Origin: Mobula hypostoma
Lineage: Eukaryota
DNA length: 64,000 nucleotides
NCBI RefSeq assembly: GCF_963921235.1
Contig: NC_086108.1
Span: 102,302,001-102,366,000, forward strand
Direction: 5' to 3'
The position numbers and the translations under genes are program-made. Positions 11,185 to 26,100 of this stretch are shown here, one piece after another (position 1 is the stretch's first letter; the number at the start of each line of letters is the position of its first letter). The notes below the pieces were generated by a model. That model worked only from the letters and a program-made list of their open reading frames with translations, made no database searches and had not been told where the DNA came from.

Positions 11185-14100
11185 GTAGGTAAAAATGATG
11201 TTAATCACTTAACATGATTGGTACCTGATAATTTTTCGGAGAACATCTTGGCTGGAAGGGGTTGATGGAAGTTTTTGTATATGGCATGTTGTGGCGATTT
11301 GAAATGTACTATCTAAAAAGAATGAGAGTAGCAGATTAAGTAGCAAAGTATAAAAGAGAATTAGATAATCAATTAAAACAGAAATAACTGCAGAAGGATG
11401 GCATAACGGGAGCTGACCTGGACATTATGGGTTAAATGTTTGTCTCCTATGCAATATCATTCTAGTAATGTAAATTTTCCTATTGGCACATAGATGAAAG
11501 AAAAAGGCCTAGATAGAGTAGACATGGAGAGGATGTTCAGTATAGTGGAGGTGTCTGGCTCCAGAGGGTACAGCCTCAGAATAGAAGGACATCACCTTGG
11601 AACAGAAATGAAGAAGAATTTCTTAAGCCAGAGGGTGGTGAATCTGTGGAATTCATTGCCACAGATGGCTGTGGAGGGAGAATCATTGGGTATATTTAAA
11701 GTGGAAGTTGATAGATTCTTAATTATCAAGGGCATTAAAGGTTACAAGGAGAAGAAACAAGAATGGGGTTGAGAAGAATAATAAATCAGCCATGATGCAA
11801 TAGTGGAACAGGCTGGATCGGCCGAATGGCCTAATTCTGCTCCTATGTCTTATGGTGTTGTGGGAGAGAAGGGCAAGATTGATATTAGACTAGGTTAAAA
11901 GGTTGGCAGAACATCGTGGGTGGAAGGGTATGTTGTGTTACACCTTTACCAAAGTACTAAATGGGTGTGAGTGATAAGGAGATAAGGATAAAGAAGAAAG
12001 AAATACTTGCTCTTGTGTGTTACCTTTCATTTTCATTCCAGGACAACCCCAACAGCTTTACCATCAGCTTTTCAGAGGCACAGTCATTGTTAAGTGTCTA
12101 GGAGATGCAGTAGTCAGTTTCTTTCACGGGAAGCTCCCACAAATACCTTGCTGAAGATGACCCAATTATTTATTTTAGTAATCTAAGTTAAAGGATAAAT
12201 ATTACCACATATAATAATAGAGATGTTTTACCTCTCCTTCAAGTTAGTGACAAGGGAGTTTTGACTTCTACTCGACAGAAGATAGAATGCCTTGGTTTAA
12301 TTATTAAACTTTAATACATCATCAGAAAAGCCACCTTTCCCAATGGCTCCTTCGCTCCTTAAAGACCTGGCTCCGAATCTTCTGGACCACAATTTCTCGT
12401 CCTTGACTTTCTTGCCAATCTAAATAGTATCTCTGTATCCACCATGGGTTCCATACCAAGGGTATTTTCTCCCAGTTATTACAGGTGTCCAGAAGAAAGC
12501 TGTCAGCTGAGTCAGCAAAATGGACAAAGTCTCAGAAGAGGAAAACTAATGATTGCCGCAAATCCAAAACTTTTCTGTGGAGTCAAAATTGCAAACAGGA
12601 AGTAAGTTAGAAAATCAAATTATTCTTTCCATGTAAGCAAAGGCAAAAATAGATTGTGCATCCATTTTGAAAATTTATATGAAAATGAAAACAAAAGTCT
12701 GTGGAAATATATTTTTGAGGGTGATGATTCTGGTCTAATTTGAAACATAGAAAACCTACAGCACAATACAGGCCCTTCGGCCCACAATGTTGTGCCAAAT
12801 ATGTACTTATTTTAGAAATTACCAGGGTTACCTATAGCCCTCTATTTTACTAAGCTCCTGGTACCTATCCAAGAGTCTCTTAAAAGACCCTATTGTATCC
12901 GCCTCCACCAACGTCGCCGGCAGCCCGCTCCACGTAATCATCACTCTGCGTAAAACAAAAAACTTACCCCTGACGTCTCCTCTGTACCTACTTCCAAGCA
13001 CCTTAAAACTGTGCCCTCTCATGCTAGCCATTTCAGCTCTGGACAAACGCCTCTGACTATCCACACAATCAATGCCTCTCATCATCTTATACACCTCTGT
13101 CAGGTCACCTCTCATCCTCCGTCACTCCAAGGAAAAAAGACTGAGTTCACTCAACCTATTCTCATAAGGCATGCTCCCCAATCCAGGTAACATCCTTGTA
13201 AATCTCCTTTGCACCCTTTCTATAGTTTCCACATCCTTCCTGTAGTGAGGTGACCAGAACTGAGCACAGTACTCCAAGTGGAGTCTGACCAGGGTCCTGT
13301 ATAACTGTAACATTACCTCTTGGCTCTTAAACTCAATACCATGGTTGATGAAGGCCAATACACCATATGCCTTCTTAACCACAGAGTCAACCTGCACAGC
13401 AGCTTTGAGTGTTCTATGGACTCAGACCCCAAATCCTTCTGATCCTCCACACTGCCGAGAGTCTTACCATTAATACTATAATCTGCCATCATATTTGACC
13501 TACCTATATTTGTGGGCACGTGGCCAAGTGATTAAGGCATTGGACTAGCAACCTGAAGGTCATGAGTTCGAGCCCCAGCCGAGGCAACATGAGTTGTGTC
13601 CTTGCGCAAGGCACTTAATCACACAGTGCTCTGCGACGACACTGGTGCCAAGCTGTATGGGTCCTAATGCCCCTCCCTTGGACAACATTGGTGTCATGGA
13701 GAGGGGAGACTTGCAGCATGGGCAACTGCTGGTCTTCCATACAACCTTGCCCAGGCCTGCGCCCTGGAGATTGAAGACTTTCCAGACGCAGATCCATGGT
13801 CTCGCAAGACTAACGGATGCTTTAATTAATGACCTACCAAAGTGAACCACCTCACACTTAACTGGGTTGAGCTCCACCTCCCACTTCTCAGCCCAGTTTT
13901 GCATCCTATCGATGTCCCGCTGTAACCTCTGACAGTCCTCCACACTATCCACAACACCCCCAACCTTTGTGTCATCAGCAAATTTACCAACCCATCCCTC
14001 CACTTCCTCATCCAAGTCATTCATAAAAATCATGAAGAAAGGGATCCCAGAACAGATTCTGAGGCACACCACTAGTCACCGATTTCCATGCAGAATATGA

Positions 14101-17100
14101 CCTGTCTACACTCAATCTTTGTCTTCTGTGGGCAGGCCAGTTCTGGATCCACAAAGCAAGGTCCCTTGGATCCCATGCCTCCTTACTTGCTCAACAAGCC
14201 TTGCTAGTTGTGCTAATTACTTGTTAATTGGAATGAAATTTAATACATAAATTTCATAGAGAATTGTGTAGCATGGAATCATGCCCTCTAGTCCAATTCA
14301 TCCATGCTGACCATGGTATCCACCAATCTAGCTCTGCAATTGGCCTGCATCCTTCTCAACCTCTCTGTTCATGTCCTTATCCAACTATTTTCAATGTTGT
14401 TATTGTACCTGCCATGAGAACTTTATCTGGCAGCTCGTTCCACGTACACACCAACCTCTGCTTGATGAAGTTGTCCATCAGGTCCTTTCAGATCTTCTCC
14501 TCTCACCTCAGATCAATGCCCTTTTAGTTCCTTTTCCAATGGAAAGGGCTATGTGCTTTCTTTATCCTTTATGATTTTATGCACCTCTCAGTTTCCTATA
14601 TTCCAAGGAATAAAGTCCTAACCTGCATTACCTCTCCCTATAACTCAGGCAGTTGAATCCTGGCTGAATCCTCGTAAATCTCATCTACCCTCTTTCCTGT
14701 TTAATAATGGCTTTTGTATTACAGAGTGGCCAAAATTGTGCACAGTACTCCAAGTGTGATCCCACCAACATCTTATACAACTGCAATATAATGTTCCCGC
14801 TTGTAAGCTCAGTGCCTTTGACTGATGAGAGCCTTCTTCACTTCTTAACCACTATGTCAACCTGCGCTGCTGCTATCAGTGAACCACGTACCTGTACATC
14901 TAAGTTCATCTGCTCTGCAACATTCTCTTTATATTATACTCCCTGAATTACATCCGGGATGTTTCCAGTGCATTAAATTAGTAAATCCTGAGCAAATTTC
15001 TTGCACACTTACAGTACTGTGCAGAAGTCTTAGGCACATGAAAAAAAAATTATGTAAAGCAAAGATACTTTCAAAAATAATGACCAACCTTTGCCTTTAA
15101 AACTATATCAATCCTCTTTGGTACACTGTCATGCAGTTTTATAAGAAAATGGTCTGGTAGGTTGTTCCAAGCATCTTCTGCAGACTTTGATTGTTTCATT
15201 TGCTTCTGTCTCTCCAGGTATGTTGAGATCAGGACTCATCTGAAACCATATAAAAAATCTGCTCTGCCTAAGACTTTTGCACAGTACTGTATGTCAAATA
15301 CTAGACAGCATAGACATAGTATAGAGGTGCTTTGAAGAAGAATTTTATTTTATCCCAAGTTTGGTTGGAATTGGGAATGTAGAGACAGATGGTCTGTTAT
15401 CCTTTAGGAAGTAATTAAAAGGGCAGTGGATTGCCAAGGCAAAGGCAGTTATGGATCAAGTGCTGGTAAATTGGATTAGCATAGATTGCTTGCTTCATTC
15501 TCAGCATGGGCACGGTGGATCAAAGAGTGTGTTTCTGTGCTCTATGTCTTTGGAACTGGATTGTATAGCCCAATTTACATGAAATAGTCTTCAATTGTGA
15601 AGAATGCTATTTGATAAATTATTGTATTTTTCATATTAATCCTTCATGAAGCAGAAACTACAAAATTTGTTTTATTGAACTTCCCAATAATCATGTGAGA
15701 GTACACTGATCCAGAAAGTCTTCGTGATGGCATTGGGTTTGCTGACTGCAAAGTTCTAAACTCAAAGAAGATCTTAAGCGCTATCTGATAGCTAGCTATG
15801 GTCTCATTATTACAGAGAGGTTATACTGTAACTGCCCACTCTTGCAAGACTAGTTCACTTCCCTGCGGTGAATTTAGCTCCCAACATCCATTATTTGAGC
15901 AGTGGGTACCCCCTCCCTTCCAAGGAAGAGATACATCCAACTAGCAACGTAATTTAAGCACAGTTCATTTATTTTTAATGATACAAGCAGAAAGATGAAC
16001 TAGAAAAACTCATACTCTCTGTAAAGATTAAGGAGAGCGCACCTAGAGGAAGACCTCAGCTTAAGTACAACAAAAGCCCAGCCAGGTGGCTACACATCGA
16101 GGAAATGGAAATCATCCAAAGAACGAGGGGTAGATCTATATGGAAAACCATGGTCACCAACGTCCGCATCGGATATGGTACCTAGACTGACAGACAGATA
16201 CAAGATTAAATCCAGACAAAATTCTTAAAACACATTGAAAACTCACAGAGATTTTCCATCTTATAAAAGACTTCCAAGTTACATTTGATTTCTAAAACAC
16301 AAATGATTTCCAATACACAGGTACTTTTCCTATAAGATAAGGTGACATACCAATGAGTTGTAGACAAACAAATTGTCTGTCGCAGAAATCAAGGCAGAAG
16401 AATGGATTCTCGTCATCCCATCTTTCTGTCATTCATCTTATTGATCCCTGACTGTTCCTAATAAGCCTGACAGCTCTCTTCATTTACAGTTTTTTCTGCC
16501 ACTAGGTGATTAGCATATGATATTTTTTTCAATAACCTTTTACACAAACAATCTAAAAACAGCTGGAGACAGAGTTCCCAGTTACCTACAACTAACGCTG
16601 AAAGCTGACTCTCTGCATACAGAAACCTACCATCTACTAATAGATCACAAACAAGAGAAATTTCAAGCAACACGCACAAAATGCTGGAAGAATTCAGCAG
16701 GGCAGGCAACATCTGGGGAAAAGGGTGCAGTCGACGTTTTAGGCCAAAACCCTTCGGTGTGACTATTTGATGTGCTAAGTGATAGTATCAATCTGGTCTG
16801 CAAGCTTCCTTGAACTAAGTAACTTAACCAACTTTGTCTCGTTTGAGCAAGCCAATTAAAATTAAAATAATCCCAGTTGCCTTACACTGCATTACCTAAG
16901 CAACCAACTCTGTGTTGGCCAGTATTCTGTGTACTACAGACAGTCCTACTTGTTTGCAAAGCTCTCCTTTTAACTTCAGACTGATCATTGCTTGCTATTT
17001 ACGTTAAGAACTGTGTATGACAAGAAGCTGAACAAACAATATTGGTTGGCAGTTTACCTTACTCAAAAACAATTCTTTGATCCCTAAAAGTGTCAGCTGA

Positions 17101-20100
17101 GCAAGGCAAAAAAGGCCAAGTGGCCCTGGAGGTGAATATCCATCACAGCGGGGATACATTTGACCAAGACTAGAAGTGGGACGAAGTTAAAGATAAGCTT
17201 TATTTGTCACATGTACATCAAAGCATACAGTGATCTGCATCTTTTTGCATCAAGAAACAACACAATCCAAGGAAACCATGTTTTAGGCACCAACAGAACA
17301 TACCCACAAATTACTAACTCGTATGGTTTTGGAATGTGAGAGAAAACCGAAGCACCCAGAGGAAGTCCTAATTAATTATAATTATTGCATTGACGGGAAG
17401 ACAAATACATGAGAAAGCAACAATCTGGTCAAATAAAAGAAAAATATCATGATATTTAGTGCATAGAGGCATATCATTTGAGTCCAAAAGTTACTGTTGG
17501 TGCTGATAGCCCACATGAGCAATATCTCACTTTCAAGAACAATTCATCTCATGTTTTCAACATTGATTGTTTACTTATTTATATTTGCATTTACACAGTG
17601 TGTTGTCTTCTGTACTCCAGTTGAACACTCTAATTGGGTGGTCTTTCATTTATTCTGTTATAGTAACTATTTAATAGATTAATTGAGAATGCCCACAAAA
17701 AAAAATAATCTCAGGGTTCTCCGTGGTGACGTACATGTGCTTTGAAAATCAAATTTACTTTGAACTTTGGTGAACGCAACAGGCCAGGCAGCATCTATAG
17801 GAAGAGGTACAGTCGACGTTTCAGGCCGAGACCCTTCGTCAAGACTAACTGAAGGAAGAGCTAGTAAGAGATTTGAAAGTGGGAGGGGGAGGGGAGATCT
17901 GAAATGATAGGAGAAGACAGGATGGGGAGGGATAGAGCCAAGAGCTGGACAGTTGATTGGCAGAAGGGATATGGGAGGATCATGGGACAGGAGGCCCAGG
18001 GAGAAAGAAAAGGGGTGGGGGGATGGGGCCAGAGGATGGGCAAGGGGTATAGTGAGAGGGACAGAGGGAGAAAAAGGAGAGAGAGAAAAAGAATGTGTGT
18101 ATATAAATAACGGATGGGGTACGAGGGGGAAGTGGGGCATTAGCGGAAGTTGGAGAAGTCAACATTCATGCCATCAGGTTGGAGGCTACCCAGACGGAAT
18201 ATAAGGTGTTGTTCCTCCAACCTGAGTGTGGCTTCATCTTTATAGTACAGGAGGCCGTGGATAGACATGTCAGAATGGGAATGGGACATGAAATTAAAAT
18301 GTGTGGCCACTGGGAGATCCTGCTTTCTCTGGCGGACAGAGCATAGGCGTTCAGCGAAACCATCTCCCAGTCTGCGTCGGGTCTCTCCAATATATAGAAG
18401 GCCACATCGGGAGCACCTGACGCAGTATATCACCCCAGCCAACTCACAGGTGAAGTGTTGCCTCACCTGGAAGGACTGTCTGGGGCCCAAATGGTAATGA
18501 GGGAGGAAGTGTAAGGGCATCTGTAGCACTTCTTCCGCTTGCAAGGATAAGTGCCAGGAGGGAGATTCGTGGGGAGGGATGGGGAGAGACGAATGGACAA
18601 GGGAGTCGCGTAGGGAGCGATCCCTGAAGAAAGCGGGGGGGGGGGGAGGGAAAGATGTGCTTAGTGGTGGGATCCCGTTGGAGGTGGCGGAGGTTACGGA
18701 GAATTATATGTTGGACCCGGAGGCTGGTGGGGTGGTAGGTGAGGACAAAGGGAACCCTATTCCTAGTGGGGTGGCGGGAGGATGGAATGAGAGCAGATGT
18801 GCGTGAAATGGGGGAGATGCGTTTGAGCGAAGAGTTGATGGTGGAGGAAGGGAAGCCCCTTTCTTTAAAAAAGGAGGACATCTCCTTCGTCCTGGAATGA
18901 AAAGCCTCATCCTGAGAGCAGATGCGGCGGAGACGGAGGAATTGCGAGAAGGGGATGGCATTTTTGCAAGAGACAGGGTGAGAAAAGGAATAGTCCAGAT
19001 AGCTGTGAGAGTCAGTAGGCTTATAGTAGACATCCGTAGATAAGCTGTCTCCAGAGATAGAGACTGAAAGATCTAGAAAGGGGAGGGAGGTGTCGGAAAT
19101 GGACCAGGTAAACTTGAGGGCAGGGTCAAAGTTGGAGGCAAAGTTAATGAAGTCAATGAGCTCAGCATGCGTGCAGGAAGCAGCGCCAATGCAGTTGTCG
19201 ATGTAGCGAAGGAAAAGTGGGGGACAGATACCAGAATAGGTTTGGAACATAGATTGTTCCACAAAGCCAACATAAAAGGCAGGCATAGCTGTGATCCATA
19301 CGGGTGCCCATGGCTACACCTTTAGTTTGGAGGAAGTGGGATGAGCCAAAGAGAATTTTTTAAGAGTAAGGACTAATTCCGCTAGACAGAGCAGAGTGGT
19401 GGTAGAGGGGAACTGGTTAGGTCTGGAATCCAAAAAGAAGCGGAGAGCTTTGAGACCTTCCTGTTGAGGGATGGAAGTAATATAGGGACTGGACTTCCAT
19501 GGTGAAAATAAAGTGGTGGGGGCCAGGGAACTTAAAATCATCGAAAAGTTTCAGAGCGTGAGAAGTGTCACGAACATAGGTAGGAAGGGATTGAACAAGG
19601 GGGGATAAAACCGTGTCGAGGTATGCAGAAATGAGTTCGTTGGGGCAGGAGCCAGCTGAGACAATGGGTCTACCCGGACAGGCAGGTTTGTGGATCTTGG
19701 GTAGGAGGTAGAAACGCGAAGTGCGAGGTGTGGGAACTGTAAGGTTGGTAGCAATAGACGGGAGATCCCCTGAGCGGACAAAGTTGGTGATGGTATGGGA
19801 GACAATGGCCTGGTGCTCCTTAGTGGTGCCATGATCGAGGGGTAAGTAAGAGGAGGTATCCATGAGTTGTCGCTGTGGCTCGGCAAGGTAGAGGTCAGTG
19901 CGCCAGACTACAACAGCACCCCCCTCATCGGCGGGTTTTATAGTAAGGTTAGTATTGGTGCGGAGGGAGTGGGGAGCAGAGCATTCGGAAGGAGTGAGGT
20001 TGGAATGGGAACAAGGTGCGGTGAAGTCGAGATGGTTGATGTCCTGTCCTCTTATTTACCCCTCGATCATGACCATTTTGCCAATCAACTGTCCAACTCC

Positions 20101-23100
20101 TGGCTCCATCCCTCCCCCTCCTGTCTTCTATCATTTTGGATCTCCTCCTCCCCCTCCTACTTTCAAATCTCTTACTAGCTCTTCTTTCAGTTAGTCCCGA
20201 CGAAGGGTCTCGGCCCGAAATGTCGACTGTACCTCTTCCTATAGATGCTGCCTGGCCTGCTGTGTTCACCAGCAACTTTTATGTGTGTTGCTTGAAATTC
20301 CAGCATCTGCAGATTTCCTCATGTTTACTTTGAACTTTCCTCTTGTTATGTTCCTTTTCATCTTGCTGTGATTTAAACATTGCTATTCAGTGTAGCTGCC
20401 CTTAATGTCAATGTCCCATAATCAAAACCAGAGGACAGAGAAATGTCTCCTGAATTGATTTGTTGAAAGTTCTCTTTAATTTAGTATCCTGAATTAATAA
20501 GATGGTATGGTACTGCAGTGGTCAGCACAATGCTTTACACTGTCAGCAATCACCGATCAGGGGTTCAATTCCCACTGTTGCCTGCAAGGAGTTAATACGT
20601 TCTCCCCCAGAACTCATGGGTTTCCTCCAGCTGTTCCAATTTTGTCACACATTCGAAAGATATACAGGTTCGTGTTAGTGAGTTGTGAACACTTGAAAGC
20701 ATGGAAACCCTTGCTTCCCGCACTCCGTCAATGCAAACAATGCATTTCACTGTATATTTCAATGTACATGAACCTAGTTTAATACTTGTACACTAACCTA
20801 GTTTAATACTTAATCTGAGAATTTTTTTCATGTGAATACTTTGAGTATATGGGAAACTATATTATTGTTTAATTGGAGTATTTTCTTAGCACACTTGAAT
20901 GAATTTTTAAGAGGGTGCAAAATTCAGTAAATTCTAATATTTATAATTTTTAATTAAAATTGCATTGCGCATGATTCATATAATATTTATCACTTTAAAA
21001 TTCAGAGACCAGCATAAGCTCTTAAAGCCACTCCTGGCAGGATGGAAAAGATAGAAAAGGATAGAAAACACTTTACCATTCCAGCAATGCAAGCTTTAAT
21101 GAGGAAGCAAATATTTGTGAGCAAATGAATCAGTGTGAGCAGCAGATTGACAGAGTAATGGAATACTTGAAACAACTGAAAAATTAAGTATGTTTTGATA
21201 ATTTTTCATTTTAAAAAATAGATTGATGAGATTCTTGGATAATATTGCCTCAGGTAGTGCTAGCTAATTAGTTGCATTTTCCACTTGAGCCTTTGATTGG
21301 AGAATAGTCCCTGATGAAGCATGATGTAATAGCTTGAATCTGAAGGTGTACGGAGCAAAAAGACACCTCAGTATTTGCTGCATAGTAAACAACGAATGTA
21401 TTGTAAATCATTTGGGGTAATTGACTACATTTGCCTTTGTAACCTCTAAAACAAATGGTTAAAATTTCCCCCACAAAAGCTGAACACATCAAATGAACTA
21501 TTTGAGGAAGACTTGGACATCTCCAGTAAATCAAAATGCGTGGCTGAAGACTTTGAAGCTGAACAGTCACGAATAAGCAATAAAGATGGAGCTTTCTGGC
21601 AGACCTTTGAAAAGTTACAAGAACTGGACTTGAAAGGGTAATTATGTTTGTCTTTTGTGCGATAATGCAATGTAAAAGAGAATGCATTAAGTTCCAAGTA
21701 CATTTATTATCAAAGTATGTTCTGTATACTATATACAACTTTCAGATTCATCTCCTTACAGGTAGCCACAAAACAAAGAAACCCAATAGAACCCATTTTT
21801 AAAAAAGAAGGCCGTCAAACACCCAATGTGCGGGGGAAGAAATTATTCAAACAATAAAAGTAAGCAAATAACATTCAGAACCGAAATCCACGAAAGTGAA
21901 TCCACAGCCACAAACCCAGTCATCGTTGCAGCTGATTCAGGGGCCTGTTAGTTACAGGCCAACGCAGAGACAAATAAACTTTGCGGTGCAGCGAGCTGAA
22001 CTGGCCCATCACTCACCTCTGGCCCCAACACCCTGACCTTTTCAATCTGGCCTGGCACTTAAATTGTCCAAACCCCTTGTCATTTCTTGTCTTGAACCCG
22101 GGTCCTGCCGTTTCAATATCTCTCAGGGCTGGGCCCTGCCATCTCAATTCAACTGTACCTGACTTTTCCAATTCAGCCCAGCACTTAAATGGATCAATAA
22201 GAAATTAGGTTGTCTGATATTTTAACTAGTATTCAAATAATGCACTCTTTGGTGAGAAACATAAACTCCACAAAAAAAAAGGAATCTGTTCCAGGATAGT
22301 TTAAGATGATAATCTGGCATTCAATTGAAAGGCTCTTAAACAAATGGTAAGAAGAATAATAAATTTTGAGGAGCACTGGAAAATGACTACAGATTTCAAA
22401 AGGAGGGAAAGATTGTATGAGTAAACTAAGAAGAAGTAAAATTCCACAGAAAAAAAGTAAAAATAAATGTGTGTGCCTTCAAGGGAACAATAAGGTGGCA
22501 AAGTGATTGAACTAATAGCTCCCGCAGAAGCTGTAAAACTAGAGTGGAATGAATAGTGAGAAGCTGCTAACGCTAAAACAATTGCACTGGAGAAATTAAA
22601 GAACTAAAATCAATCAAACTCCCTGGACCCTGTAGCCTGTGTCCCAGGGGGTCAATAAAAAAGTGGCCAAAGAGAAAGTGGAGACATTAGTGATCATCTT
22701 GTGATCTAATAATGGAGAGCTGGGAGGTGATACAGACAGAATGGATCTGATTTGGGACTGTCAGCATAGTTTTGTAATTGGGAAGTCGTGTCTGACAAAT
22801 CCCTTGGAGTTCTCTGAGAAGGTAACCAAGAGGGTAGTGAAATGGATGTTGTTCATATAGACTTTAGTAAGGTCTTCGCAAGGTCTCTGACGGCAGGTTA
22901 TTTTGGATGCATGCGATCCCAGGTGGAGATAGCAGATTGGATTCATAGTTGGCTCATTGGTTGGAAGCAGAGGGCCAAGGGTTGTTTCTCAGTCTGGAGA
23001 CCTGGGTCTAGTGGTGTGCCAGATAGATTGTTGTTTGTAATTGATATAAATGATTTGGATGTGAAGGTAGAAAGCATAGTTCGTAAGCTTACGGATTAAT

Positions 23101-26100
23101 ACTAAGATAGTTGGTGTTATAGGTGGTGCAGAAGAATATGAAAAATTACAAGGGGAGTAGTTATTGATTAGCTAATTACGTGAGCTGAGAACTGGCTTTC
23201 AATCCAGGTAAATGTAAAGCATTGAATTTTGGGAGATTAAACCTGTATGGGACTTGTATAGTGAATGGTAAGGCTCCTGGTAGTGTTATGGAACTGAGGC
23301 ACCTGGGAGAGCAAGTGCATAGTTCACTGAAAGTGGGGTCACAGCAGAAAAGTATTTGGCATTCTGGTTTTTATCAATCAGAGCATTGAGTACAAGAGCT
23401 GGGGAGTTGTGTTGCAGTTACATAAGACATGGGTGGGGCTGACCTTGGAGTGCAATGTACGGTTTTGGTAAATATTATAGGAAAGACATTATTAAACCAG
23501 AAAGAGTACAGAAAAAAATTACCAGGGTGTTGCCTGAACTTAGGGGCCTGAGTACAAGGAGAGGATAGGCAGAAAGTTGTGAATTCAGCCTGCTCCATCA
23601 TGGGCACTAGCCTCCATAGCATCCAGGACACCTTCAAAAAGTAATGGGAGTAATCCATCATTAAGGACCACCATCACCCAGGTCATGCCCTCTTCTCATT
23701 GCCGCCATCAAGGAGGAGGTACAGGAGCATAAAGGCACACACTCAGTGACTCAGGTACAGTTTCTTCCCCTCTACCGTCAGATTTCTGAATGGACATTGA
23801 ACCCATGGATTACTTTTTTGCATGATTTATTTAATTTAACTATTTAACAATGTATATATACTTTAATTCACAGTATTACAATGTACTGCTGCTGCATAAC
23901 AACAAATTTCACGACATATGCTGCTGTTATTAAACCTGATTCTGGTTTTAATTCTGACTAGGACTTTAATTGCTGAAACATAGGAGATAGAGATATACAA
24001 GATCATGAGAGCCATAGACAGGGTGAATGTACTTAGTCAGTTTTCCAGGAATGGGGTGCTAAAAAATCTGAGATATAGATTTAAGACCAGAGGCAAGAGA
24101 TTTAAAAGGGACATCAGGGACAGCTTCATGTCGGTATTTTGGTCTTTATTGCAAAGGGATTGGTGCACAAATAAGGGATGTCTTCTTTTCAAGGTACAGG
24201 GTTTTGGTGAGAGCTTTAGAAAGACCATGTTTTGTTTTGATCTCAATACCAAAAGGAGAACGCAGTTGCACCATTGATCAGCTGTATTTAAATCTGTGGT
24301 GAAGGATTTGTCTAAAGAGATGAGTTAGACAGAGCTTTATACCTGAAGCTTGGAAAAATAAGTTTGTGAATGTTGAAAAAGTAACCATCCTTTCCAAACC
24401 TGCAGCTTCAGAAAACTGAAACAGTTCAATCAGTAGGTGAGATACACAAGCACAATTAAAACTGACTGTCTGAGCTCTCTAAATTGAGTTTAAATTTGGA
24501 AATTGCTAGTGCACAATATGAAATGTGTTTATTCGTTAAAATTTCAGTCATTTTGGAGTTAATGTGTTACCGACAGGTGTGTGATTTGAATCCTCACTGA
24601 TGAATCTTTTGTCACTGTTTAGGATGGAAAGAAAAGGTCTTGCTGAAGAGAGCAAGCTGTCAAAGGCACTAAAAGAAGCTGAAGCAACATGCATAGCTGC
24701 AGCAAAGCAAGTTGCAACACTAAAGAATTCCATTGCAGAGTTAATGCAGGTGCGCATAAAGTACAACAGGTAACTGAGAAAGCCATTCAGAGTGTCAACT
24801 TGTATAGCAAACTACTTGGTACTTGCTGGCTCCATGTGGCTATGACTAAGGCCAATTAAACCACTTGACAGATGAAAGCACGAAAGGCTAGGGATAACTA
24901 GTATGTTTCCTTACTTTCCAGCTCTGATTAAAGTTTCACTCTCAACTGATCCTGACTTATGACCTAAGTATCTCCGGTATTTTCTGTTTTTATTTTGAGT
25001 TTTCAGTAGTTCACAGATGGATGCTGCATAGAAGTTAGGGACATAATTGTACAAGACGGACAGAGTGAGAGGGAAGGAGAGACTAGAGAGGGAGAAGTCT
25101 TTGGTGGCAGGAAAAAGGACATTGCAGAATGATGGCTGAGAGAGCATAGACTTGGAGAAGGTATGAAAAATACAGAAGATGAGTGTATCTGGGAGGATTA
25201 GAGTGCGTAGCAAGAGGATGCTGTAGAGATTGCGGGGGCACTAATAGTAATCTTTCAAGAATCAGTAGATTCCAGTGGACTAGGAAATTGCAAATGTCAC
25301 TCCACTCTTCGAGAAGGGAGGAAGGTAGAAGAAATGAAATCATAGGGCAATTAACCTGACTTCAATGGTTGGGAGGATGTTGGAGTCTATTATTAAGAAC
25401 GAGACTTCAGAGTACTTGCATGCACGTGATAAAATAGACCAAAGTCAGCATGGTTTCCATATTGGTAGAAAGAATAAAGGTGCAAAGTATTTTCTAAACA
25501 GGGCAAAAATTCAAAAATCAGAGGTGCAAAGGTGGAAGTCCTTGTGCAGGATTCATAGAAACATAGGAATCTACGGCACATTACAGGCCCTTCAGCCCAC
25601 AATGTCATGCCAACCATGTAATCTACTCTAGAAACTGCCTAGAATTTCCTTACCGCGTAGCCCTCTATTTTTCTAAGCTCCATGTACCTACTTAAGAGTA
25701 TCTTAAAAGACCCTTTTGTATCCCTCTACCACCTTCGCTGACAGTGATAAAATAGACCACCTCTGTGTGGAAAAACTTACCTCGACATCCCCCTTGTACC
25801 TACTTCCAAGCAGCTCAAAACTATGCCCCCTTGTGTTAGCCATTTCCACCATGGGAAAACGCCTACGTGGCAGAAAACATTTCACATGTCTCATTCTCTT
25901 GCTCTTCACATACTTGTAGAATGCCTTGGGGTTTTCCTTTATCCTGCTCGCCAAGGCCTTCTCTTGGCCCCTTCTAGCTCTCCTAATTTCATTCTTGAGC
26001 TTCTTCCTGGCACCCCTGAAATTTTCTCCAGCTCTAACAGTACCTTTTTTGAACCTTTCATAAGCTTTTCTTTTCATCTTAACAAGATTTTCTACATTCT

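Noticed and set aside
13515..13585. tRNA gene
   Set aside because: A and B boxes are the head of a TSD-flanked SINE; no full cloverleaf. The same applies to the SINE head near 49610
22295..22432. Purine-rich stretch considered as the missing ODF2L exon
   Set aside because: Stop-interrupted with no phase-compatible donor; 21480-21637 fits instead
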